Assembly (NCBI RefSeq): GCF_964204645.1
Contig: NC_134027.1
Coordinates: 4,062,485 to 4,126,484, forward strand
Source: Tubulanus polymorphus
Taxonomy: Eukaryota > Animalia > Nemertea
Length of the DNA stretch: 64,000 nt
Direction of reading: 5' to 3'
A program made the translations under genes and the position numbers. Shown here piece after piece: positions 1-12,586 of this stretch. How positions within the stretch are numbered: position 1 is the first letter of the stretch; every line of letters starts with the position of its first letter. The notes beneath the pieces are model-generated. The model searched no databases and was not told the DNA's origin. It saw only the letters and a list, made by a program, of their open reading frames with translations.

Positions 1-18
1 TGATGGTTTTATTTTCAG

Positions 19-1527
19 TCCAGGAAGGTCGATGAGGAAGTCACATGTGTCAAGTTCAGAATCAAGTCTCAATGGAAATTCAATGAAAGCTAGTTCTTCA
101 CTAACTAGATCAACATCTTTGGTAATATTTCTAAATATTTTTGGTCATATATGAAAAATGTATTTCTGGTCGTAAAATGCTATTTTGGAAATAAACGATG
201 TACGATTATCTATTACAGAAGAGACCGACTGGAATAAAATCTACAAATACTGCAATTGGTAATAGAATGAATGGGCTGGCTGTTGGTCGCAGTAAACCTT
301 TAAAAAATAATCAACCTGCAACATCGCATTCGGGACCAATCAAAGCTTTACATCCGTCATCAGTAACAAGCAGTACAGCAATGTGTGATAAAGGTAGGCT
401 AAAATGTACTCATATATTGCTATACAAAGGTTGATGTTTTGTTGTTTTTAGTTGAGCTATAAATGTGTATTATTTGTAAAGGAGCAATGAATTGCGGTGA
501 TAGAAATCGTCAGTGGAGTGGCAGTAGTACTAGTAGTGTCAGTAGTGTAAGCAGTCTTGGATCTTTAACGACACCCGTAAAACCTGATAGGTGTTTACAA
601 CCGAAAAAAATACTATCTTCATCTACATGTATCAACAACACTCGCATGCAACGACCAGCTTCTCGATCTAACAGGTACTGTATACGCTGTCTGATATAAT
701 CTGATATTCAATCTCGGAGGCATTAACTGATTAGTATGGAAAAAATCAGGCACATTTAATTGGTCCTAGCCATAGAACTATATGTAAATGGGAACACTGT
801 GTCGTCACTATATATTTGCCTTTGCGATCTTCGGAATTCATCAGCACCCTCGTGGTTAGCAATTAACGATAGATTCTCGGTTATAATAATATTTTCTCTG
901 CGGGCATTGAGGATACAGTTTTCGAGATTTGGTATAGTTTAAAGACTATAACAAATCATGAAAAATGCTAATTAAAAAAGAGACCGTTAACCAGTCAACA
1001 AAATGTATCACTTATCATGAGGGTGCTGAACAATCCACAAGATTACTGGCGGTGCCTAGTGTAGTTTTCCGGTTTTCTAGCTTGTTAATTAAACGATGAC
1101 TTCTCTTATTGTGTATTGTCTCATTGCAGTGGTTCTATTCCTCCATCTACCCCTGTATCTGCCTCAAAAAGACGTTCATTTTTACCAACACCCGGACGAC
1201 AATCGTCCGATAGAAAAACAACGGCGAGTCGAAGTGAAAGCTCGTCATCAGTCCAGTCTACTGATGAAAGTTTTGTCCTAAGGAGACCACCAACGCCTAG
1301 TCGAATAGTACCGGTATTTAATCACACAATTCACATCTTATATACGTCCATCATCAGAGATGCTTGAAATTACCCTCAATTTCCTTGTTGATCATTTTCA
1401 GCCCAAGAAATCAACGATACCTTCTGTCAATCCGGTAAATAGCAATAAAGAAAATGTATCTGTGACTGGATCGCATAAACCTTCGAAATTAGCAACGTTA
1501 CTGCGGAAACCGAGTATAAAAAGATGA
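19..1527 (+). CDS. 3' part (last 5 coding exons) of a Ser/Pro/Arg/Lys-rich disordered protein with SxIP-like motifs; possibly a GTSE1/PSRC1-type microtubule +TIP
   Basis: Exons 19-121, 219-393, 482-674, 1130-1313 and 1402-1527 are bounded by AG/GT with matching phases (0,1,2,0) and join into one frame ending ...KPSKLATLLRKPSIKR* (TGA 1525-1527). Motifs SFLPTP, STIP, SRIVP and KEN; AATAAA downstream. The family assignment is a guess from composition. Confidence 0.75.
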
Positions 1528-2074
1528 CAGCGACACCGAAGAAATGAATAAAAAAACTTTCTAAACACGCAATCCTTATTTGCATGATTCAAATGTTAAG
1601 AGTAAACAAAACTTTAAAATGTAAAAAATAATATGCGTATTCCATGTACACTAAACGGAAGTTTTGTCAATTATTTTAGATGTTTTTTGTAAATTAACTC
1701 TTTGTACTTAAACTGGAGAATGCATTCATTCACAGATCTGTTAATCAACCTATATAATGTGATAATAATAAAAAGTGCTAAATGTTGAACAAAATGTTAT
1801 GATTCCTTGTTATTCCTCTGTGGGATTCGACCTGATCTCCCTATCCACGAGCTAGCAGTTTCTCATGGATGCGATTAAAGATCTGTTTTGAGCTATCGGG
1901 TTCTCGAGGATAGGATTTAATACAAATGACAATAAAGTAAATTGAAATGCTTGTTACGAGGAGTGCGTAGAAATTGATTGATTTAGAGTAGATGGTGGCT
2001 GAAAAATCGTTTATTCCTAACCAGAAGTAAACACACAACTTCATGCCGTCGAGAGGCCAAGAAAGGAGCGAGAA

Positions 2075-4009
2075 ATGATTCTTTTAGGTAAATTGCCGTG
2101 AAATCTACGGATGGATGGAGTCTGGACGGTCAAGAAGATATCGATTCTTATTTATTCATTCTGTTTGAACTTTTTAGCCTGGCCCCTGAATGTTAACGGC
2201 CCGTAAAATGCTTAAATGGTAATCTTTTTTAGATCTGAGTGAAGTACATATTTTAGAATCTGCGTTGCGACATGCCCTACAACGCGATCAGTGTCAACAA
2301 CCGGATGACATCGACATCGGTTATATCCAATTAAGAGCTATCAGAAATGTTGGGGTTAATGAACAAGAGTTGTTGCATTGTATTAGAAATAACCAGGAGA
2401 TTTTAGATGAAATAGTTGTAAATGCTGATGATGATTGCTGGAGTAAGTGGTGCGCTAAAAAAGCTGCAGGTATGGTACAGTTTCAATTCCAACAAGGCTT
2501 GTTTTTTTAACGCGGAGTACAGCTTTTATTAGATAAAAAACAAAATGATAGAGTGAAAGGAAAGAAAATAGAAATAAGATCTTTCATCTCGGAAGGACTG
2601 TAGAAAAAAATTGAGGAGTGAAAATTGTTTAAAATTTAATTAAGATGGGAGAAACTAAGAATCATACAAATATCGTTATTTTATTTCTTGTTTCTAGTTA
2701 AAGTTAGGCAGAACATAAACCCAAAGACGCAGTCAAATCACTTGAACTCGATGACTGATGACATAGTAACGAGAATCAGTAACATTGTTGAATCAGCGGA
2801 TATATTTCCTGTTGACAGTAATTCAAATGATAGTCTTAAACGGATAACGCGAACAGAAACTGATAATGAAGATTTCTTCTACGTCGATGATGACAAAGAT
2901 GCTGATTTCGTTCCTAATGACGCGGAATGTCTTACGGATCAATCGTCAAATACGGATTTCGCTGAACCATCTACGTCTAGAAAACCGCCGGGTAAGTATA
3001 CCACCCTAAAACAAGTCTAATAAGGAGCATTCAAATACAGTATAAGACAGTGCAAGTCATATGTGATTGAATAACAATACTGAGTGAATATTCATCATCT
3101 CAAGAATATTGCCATTATTTCGTTTTAGATAATGGTGAAAAAAGTTCAGAAACAACAGATGGTGAAAACATTTCTTCTGGTGAGTGTGTAACAATTCAGA
3201 AATGTCACTTGTGCAGTCGGTTATTTCTTACAGATGAGGAGCTGATCGAACATTTTGCCTGTTTTCACGACGGCTTTTTACCGTTTAAATGTAACGTATG
3301 CGGTTCCGGTTATAACGTCCTCGAAGAGCTGGTCGTCCATCACGTAGAATATCATAGATCTGACGATAAACCGAAACCGACACTCGTATGTAGATTATGT
3401 GATGAAAATTTCGATGAAGATCGACGTTACATCGAACACTGCACCGATGAACATCCGCATGAAAACCCGCTCTCTTGTGGAAAATGCGACAAAGTAATTT
3501 CGTCTTTACATCAATTAAAGCGTCACCAAGTTTTACATTCGACTACGAAACGTTGGATCTGCGAGAAATGCGGCGTAGGATTCACACGTAAAGACGTGCT
3601 GAAAAATCACACGCGCGTAATACACGATAAACTGAAAACCGTCGAATGCGGTATTTGTAACCAGAAGTTTTCGAATCGATCTCAACTTACGTTACATACA
3701 CGCGTGCATACGCGTGAACGACCGTTCTCATGTACGGTCTGCGATCGCAGGTTCGCCGAGAAAGGTAAAATGACTAAACACATGCGAATTCATACGAATG
3801 AACGGAACTATCAGTGTTCATGGTGTGATAAACGATTCCGCGAGCATCCATTGTTGGTACGACATGAACGCACCCATACCGGAGACCGGCCTTTCAGTTG
3901 TGATATTTGTGGAATCGCGTTCTCTCGTAAAGACTCGCTTCTAGTTCATAAACGCGGCATTCATAAAGTATTTACTCATGGCGACTTATTGAAAAAAGAA
4001 CCTGGATAG
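2075..4009 (+). CDS. C2H2 zinc-finger protein, isoform A (shared exons plus read-through terminal exon, 9 fingers, ~474 aa)
   Basis: Exons 2075-2087, 2233-2469, 2698-2991 and 3129-4009, all phase-1 junctions with GT-AG; HTRERPFSC/HTGDRPFSC linkers; AATAAA near 4235. The first 13-nt exon and its ATG are the least certain part. Confidence 0.8.
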
Positions 4010-4328
4010 ATAGTCGATTGAATTTAATCGAACATATTTGACTCCTCTCTACTTTGTATAATGGTCAGCCAGTAAACTGTTGGTTTTGGTTTGAAATTTC
4101 TACTGGCACCTGTAGAATTTTTACCATTTGCAGCTTGCCCCATTTGTGTAAAATACTAATGATTGACATTATCTTAGTCTTCTTGAGAAATGAATCTACA
4201 ATTTCGTTTCTTTGTTCGCGAACATGTAAACATAAATAAATATGCATTGTATCAAATGGGTATATATTGTATTTTATGAATTTCTCTTCAGAACTCTCCA
4301 CAATATCTGATTTGGATGATTGTTTCAG

Positions 4329-5293
4329 GTTCAGGTGAAGAGTATACGCCTTCGAAACAGAGAAAAACGCGACTATCTACAGCTGGACGATCTAAACCGC
4401 GGCCTCCTCGTCGTAAAATCACAAAATATCTTCCGTTTGATTGTTGCGCTAACTGTCGATTGTGTTCGAAATCATTCGTATCCGAGGAAACGTTGAAAGA
4501 ACATTTTAGAATCATGCACAGTTCAGAACCTGTGTATTGGTGTGATATATGCGATATCGGAGACTTGGACTGGTCGTCTCAGGATTTAGTCGAGCATCGA
4601 GCGAACAAACATGACAGCGCTAGAGATACTAAGAGGAGAGGTCGACCGCCGCGAGTTGATTTTGATTTAACGTGTCGTTTATGCAGAAATGTACAATCCT
4701 CTCATGTAGCGTTGAAGGAACATTTTAAAATCTCTCATCCCGGTTTATCGGCGTATCAATGTCGGGAATGTAATAAATGCGTGACATCTTTTCGACAGTT
4801 GAAGTTTCACATGGCCAGTCATTCCGGGCACCGGCCTATTAAATGCAGCCATTGTGACTCTACGTTTGCATGCGAAAGCTCGATGCAAGCTCACTTTAAA
4901 CGTCGACATAATCCTGAAAGAGAGCGTCGTTGGATTTGTCACAAATGCGGCCTGGCTTTTTACGAACGCGTAACGATGCAGTCTCATTTAGCTTTACACA
5001 CGAATATACGTTATCCGTGTGATATCTGCGGAGCGAAACTTTCCAGTAAAGGACACGTCAAAAAGCACATCGCGTCCATACACCGCGGTGAAAAACATCA
5101 TCGTTGTCCCGAATGCGGTCAGCGTTTCTTTGAACTAGCGGCTCTTCGTCAACATCGACGCGTACATTCCGGAGAGAAACCTTTCAGTTGTGATATCTGT
5201 CAACATCGATTCGCGCGTTCTGATATGGTTCTGGTTCATAAACGCTTGGTTCATAAGTTGATTATTCCAAAACGAAGCGAAAAATTGTACTGA
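4329..5293 (+). CDS. Alternative terminal zinc-finger exon B (9 C2H2 fingers plus AT-hook KRRGRPPR)
   Basis: Acceptor gattgtttcAG (4327-4328) opens the 325-aa ORF in phase 1; HSGEKPFSC linker; stop at 5293; AATAAA 5882-5887. Confidence 0.8.
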
Positions 5294-5459
5294 ATATACC
5301 GGTACTTCTTATATGTTATATTGGCATTCATTTATAACTGCGCAGTACAGACTTTTCAGGAAAAAAGATGTAAGGGCAAATGTAAAAAGTGCATCTGTAC
5401 TCCAAGTGATTAAAAAGCCCAAGTATTTCTAGATGTTTTGTTTTTGTGATATCACTACA

Positions 5460-5785
5460 CAGGGTCCCTACAACTCCTTGATTCCTTGAAAATCCTTCTA
5501 AACAAAAAATATTTTTCAAGGTACTTGAATATGCTTGAATGTGAGCAAAATGCCCAAAAGTCCTTGAAAATTCCTTGAATTTTGAGAAATTGGCTCTTTT
5601 TTTGGCTCTGGGTCTACTTATCATATACACAGAATTCCACCGAATTAAATGGTTTACTGAGAAAAACAGTACTGAATTAGGAGGTGTCAACAGTAATTGA
5701 GATATGAAAGGGATACAGACACTACTCGAAATTTTCTCCTTGAAAAGTCCTTGAATTCTGGAATGACTGCTATGTAGGGACCCTG
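5460..5785. mobile_element. Non-autonomous DNA transposon (MITE), 326 bp, 5-bp TSD; hAT5-like
   Basis: TIR CAGGGTCCCTACA (5460-5472) / TGTAGGGACCCTG (5773-5785); CTACA duplicated at 5455-5459 and 5786-5790; internal TCCTTGAA repeats. The superfamily is inferred from the CAG ends and the 5-bp TSD. Confidence 0.85.
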
Positions 5786-5967
5786 CTACAGTACATTGTA
5801 CAAATACGATGTGATTTGGTCATCAGATGATTGTTTGAAAATGAATGTCAAATTACGTACATGTATTCATCTTTAGTAGTGAATAAAAGTACTATTTTTT
5901 ACTTGGTCGTGAAAAATATGTTTAATGTTATTGGGAGTATAGTTGTTGTGATGGTTTTTATTTTCAG

Positions 5968-7658
5968 ACTGGTCTAAAATGGAACATCCACAAAAACGAT
6001 TAAAACTGACGAATTCTGAAAAAACAAACGATTCGGAACTCATCGAAGCCGATATTGGAGCTGCTGGTGATCACAAGTTGGATCTCGATGTGGATGACTT
6101 GATCGGAAATGATTTAGATTTGAGGCCATTACTATCGGATATTGTTGATGAAAATAATGATTTTGAAAATTTAAGGACGTTTGAAAACAATCAAAAACAA
6201 GCGCAGAAAAAAGTGAATTTAGAATGTCGTTTGTGTCTGGATGAGTTTTCAACTCACGGAGATTTCAGAAATCACTTTCGCACAACTCATCCTCAGACGA
6301 AGCCGTATATGTGCACTACGTGTGGTGATGTATTCTCATATGAACAGTGTTTGGAATTTCATATAGAAAAACAGCACAACAGCGACAAACCTGATGGGTG
6401 GATCAAGCCAGAAATTAATTGCGCGTATGAACTTGTTTGTAGAATATGCAATGAAATTGGAGATATAAAAAGTCATTTTGATCTAGTTAAACATTTTGAA
6501 AAGGAGCACCCAACTTTGTTTCCATATTTGTGCATTATTTGTGGTGTCTGTTTCCCGGGTTTTAGTAGACTACAAATTCATTTACAAGATGTTCATGAAT
6601 GTGAAGTTTATACAGCAAGCGATGATATTACTGAATCATGCCGGAGTGATAAGCAATTATCAGTCGATTATTGTGCGGATATAGTTTGTCACATTTGCGG
6701 AGAACTCTCATGCAATCCGCTCAGTCTAGCGAAACACTTTAAGATAAAACACGGTGCGTGGAAACCTTTCATTTGTGTCATCTGTGAAATCACTTTCAGT
6801 TCTCTTTCAAAGTTAAGAGGTCACCAACTAAAAGAGCATGCAGTCAATAAGGTGGAATATGACGAAGACGTTGTTAAGAAAAAGAATTTCCCAGAAGTAC
6901 CCGCTTACAGACTGTATTGTCAGGAGTGTAATATCAATTTAGAAAAACATATTCCTTATATTGAACACTTTCGAACATATCACGGAGAAGAACGACCTTA
7001 TTCCTGTCGCGATTGCAACCAGAAAATGAAGACTTTGTCGGCGTTGAATTATCATTATCGAGTGAAACATTTAAACTATTCGATGTTTACTTGTGACGTC
7101 TGCCAGAAACCGATGCGAAATTCGCAGCTTTTAGAACTTCACAAATTAACTCATCTCGATCGAAAAACTCGCAAATCGTTACATCGTTTTATGTGTTCCG
7201 ATTGCGGAGCTGCGTTCGAACGCAAGAGTTTACTCGATTCGCACATCCGCAGCAAACACACGAATGAAGTGACTGATGTGTGCGACGTATGCGGGAAAGT
7301 GTTTTACAATAAAGAAAATCATCGAACGCACATGAAATTCCACGCCGGAATTAAGAAATATAACTGTAATATTTGCGATAAAAGATTTGTAACTTCGTCG
7401 ATGTTGACGCGCCATTTAACGGTTCATAAATCGAAGAAATCGCATCAATGTCCCGTGTGTCTGAAATGGTTTGCGAGGAACGATTCGATGAAAGCTCATT
7501 GTCGTTCATTTCACAGACTAGAAATTTTACAAACATCGACCGCATCAAATACTGCTTCATTCACGTGTGATATCTGTATGGAAACATTCCCGACTAAGTC
7601 CATCCTCGATGTACATTTTACGAAACATTTAACTGAAGAAATTGGAATCGAAAAATGA
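5968..7658 (+). CDS. Alternative terminal zinc-finger exon C (~14 C2H2 fingers)
   Basis: Acceptor tttattttcAG (5966-5967); G|AC TGG TCT AAA ATG is phase 1 and in frame with the 559-aa ORF; stop at 7658. Confidence 0.8.
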
Positions 7659-7770
7659 GCTTTTGGTACCTATTTGAGAATGGTCAATGTGTGTTATTAA
7701 TCCACCCGAATTCGTTACACTAGTGTCGTACGTGTTCCTGTGATTTAAAAAAAAGGATCTCTTTTTACAG

Positions 7771-8558
7771 ATTTCCTGAACGCGGCAGACCCGCCAAAAG
7801 AAGTTGTACATGCCGCAAAACGACCCAACAGAAATCGGACGGTTAAAAAGACCAACAAACGACTTGTTGGTAGACCTTCCACAGGAGGCTACGAACTGAT
7901 CTGCAGGTTATGTCAGACCGAACACCTTCAACATAAAGCTTATCGTGAACACTTCAAAATCGAACATCCAGGATTTAGACCTTATTTTTGTGAGCAATGC
8001 GATAAAGCATATGCCTTGTACACTCAATACAGGATACATTGTCGCACGAAGCATATTACAGTCTCCGATAAAATGTACGCTTGTGATCTGTGTGACAAAT
8101 GGTTTATTCAACCTTCTAGTTTGAAACTTCACCAACAAGTGCATCTAAGTGACGAATTAAAAACGCAACTAAAGCGTCACGTTTGTACAATTTGTAACAA
8201 AAAGTTTCGGAGTAGTTCGATGTTAAAAGTGCACGTTATGACTCATACCGGTGAACGTAATGCTATTTGTAATATTTGCGGTCTCGCAACTCGTACTCAG
8301 ACTTTACTCAAATTCCACATGAAAATCCATTCTCAGGAAAAAGATCACAAGTGCCATGTTTGCGGTAGAGGGTTCGTTCAGCCGGGTACTATGAAACGAC
8401 ACCTGCTTTCGCACACCAAACAACGACCGCATCAGTGCGATATGTGTGAAAAACGATTCGCGCGAAAAGACGCTCTTAGAAATCATAGGAAGTCGATACA
8501 CAAATGCGACAATGTTTGTGGTAACAAATCTTTGAGTATAATTTTGCAGAATTCCTGA
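7771..8558 (+). CDS. Alternative terminal zinc-finger exon D (7 C2H2 fingers)
   Basis: Acceptor ctctttttacAG (7769-7770); G|AT TTC CTG... is phase 1 and stays open into ORF 8016-8558 (DFLNAADPPKEVV...YELICRLC...). There is no in-frame ATG until after the first two fingers, so an upstream exon is required. Confidence 0.8.
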
Positions 8559-8945
8559 TGCTGCTTTTGGTACTTGTATATATTGTATACATAGCGAAAA
8601 CTTAATGAATCGAAAAAAAAGTTGCGTTTATGATAGCTGTTCTTATTATGTAAAAATGTATAAAATTGTTCACGCATGTAAACACTTTGCGGTTGTTTAT
8701 ATTTAGATAATAAGAATAATTAAGAGCTATAGGTTACGTTGTATTATTTTATCTGCATTTCATAGTAATAATATAGATTCCAGCGCAATCGAATCTACTA
8801 ATGGTGATGTTGGATGTTCACGAAGAAAACTCGAAGGACCCCTCAATCTATATAGACTGTTTAATATTCCAGAAAATAAACGCGCGATTTTCTCAGAATA
8901 TCCTCTTATTTCAGTCATACGCCCACCATCAACCATCCAACCACA

Positions 8946-9674
8946 TTAAGTGAAGCACGACCACTGAGTCTCCTTCAACCGTGATGACCACGACCGCTTG
9001 TATTCCGCTTTCAAAAACGAATTCTCGTGCGGATTGAATTTCGGATTTGAATAGGCGATGTAACAAGGCGCTGAAGGCATTGGGCATTCGGCAAAAACCT
9101 TCATTTCCGGCATCCTGAATACTATCGGTGACGCCGATTTCAATTCCCAATCTCGCGTTTTCTGAGATCCGTTCCAAGCATAACTAGACATGATTCCGCA
9201 TGTTCTCTTTACGTCCGGGCCCCAAACTCTGCGAGCGTCTGCACCTTGCGCTTCTTTTTTGTACAGTCTCCGTAGTAATCGTTTCTGGTCTTCAAGTTTC
9301 CACGAATCGTGTTTTTCACCTTTAAATCTTCCCGGTGAAATATTCGGGATTAGATTAAACTTCAGCGATTTGCGGCTCTGCCCTTCGACGACGGGCGAAT
9401 CTTGGTCCTTGAATTTACGATTAACTCGTTGTTGGCTGGAGACGGTTGGACGATTGTGTCTTTGAACGACAATCGGCAGTTCATCCGGAGTAAACTTTCT
9501 CTCCATCATATCATCATCATCGTCTATCATCAGTTTACCATTTCTCATGCGACGCCTTCGTCTCTTCTTGGCCATGTCAGCCCGAGCCTCTGCCCTGGCC
9601 ATTTCCGCAATATCTTTGGTCTGTGTTTCAAATTCAGATTCATGCTGGTCACTTTCTTCTTTTATATGTTCCAT
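8946..9674 (-). CDS. Uncharacterised 242-aa protein (basic KKRRRRR stretch, poly-Asp)
   Basis: Long ORF in more GC-rich sequence, head-to-head with GMPR; no recognisable domain. A possible acceptor ttAG just upstream means it may have a further 5' exon. Confidence 0.5.
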   Translation of the reverse strand: MEHIKEESDQHESEFETQTKDIAEMARAEARADMAKKRRRRRMRNGKLMIDDDDDMMERKFTPDELPIVVQRHNRPTVSSQQRVNRKFKDQDSPVVEGQSRKSLKFNLIPNISPGRFKGEKHDSWKLEDQKRLLRRLYKKEAQGADARRVWGPDVKRTCGIMSSYAWNGSQKTRDWELKSASPIVFRMPEMKVFAECPMPSAPCYIAYSNPKFNPHENSFLKAEYKRSWSSRLKETQWSCFT

Positions 9675-10258
9675 CCTTAGATCGACGTCTCCTGGGTTCT
9701 AAGTCGTAACTATTGCGTTCGTAGAATATAATAGTTCAAATTAAAGAAACACATCCATAAGTTTCGACGACTAAACCATTCGTCATGTTTGTATTTGTTG
9801 ATTGTCGTTTGGACTTTTAATTCCCACAGCTCAACCCGATTCTCACGCTGCTTTTATAAACGGCATAAAAAGACACTTTTAGTAAGAAACGGCAACCACC
9901 CGCACGACTTCTTTTGTGCCGGGAGTTCCACATGTTTGATATCAGCACGTAAACTTGTCCATGTTATCAGGAACCTCAGTCGACCAAGCAACATTCCGCA
10001 GGTTTAATTTTGTCTGGGCTGGAACCATTCGTTACAACCGTTAAGCAAGAACGCTCGAAGACGGAGGCGCCGGGGAGCGCGGGTCGCAATGGCTGGCGTC
10101 ACGCGGGTTTTTGGCGTCTCGTCGTGCTGCATCACTTTTAATACACCATATCGTTTTGCACCATAAGACGCCGCCGTTATGTTCATCCATACCATGGCCT
10201 CTCAAGAATCCATGATCGGGTTCATGGTTCATCTAACGATTTCTTATGCTATACCGTG

Positions 10259-10358
10259 AGGTGCTGCCACAATGCTCATCGTTAGCGGATTCTTCATACA
10301 CTAATATGAATCCGCGCTCTGGCAATCTACGGGCGATGAGCATATAGCGGCAGCACCT
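10259..10358. promoter_or_regulatory. Mirror-symmetric putative bidirectional promoter
   Basis: Three nested inverted pairs: AGGTGCTGCC/GGCAGCACCT, ATGCTCATCG/CGATGAGCAT, GCGGATTC/GAATCCGC. Lies ~90 bp upstream of the GMPR ATG and between divergent genes. Confidence 0.55.
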
Positions 10359-10448
10359 GCCGGTGTAAATGAGTGCTGTGAACTTTAGAACCCACTGGAC
10401 CGATTCATTGATTCCTTACCGCTGTTTAGCTGTGGAATTTGGTGAAAA

Positions 10449-12586
<2,138 letters not shown>

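Noticed and set aside
4292-4338. Alternative strong acceptor tttctcttcAG at 4290-4291 for exon B
   Set aside because: With a phase-1 donor it reaches TGA within 15 codons; the acceptor at 4327-4328 is the one in frame.
5328-5690. 120-aa minus-strand ORF
   Set aside because: Mostly inside the MITE; no domain features.
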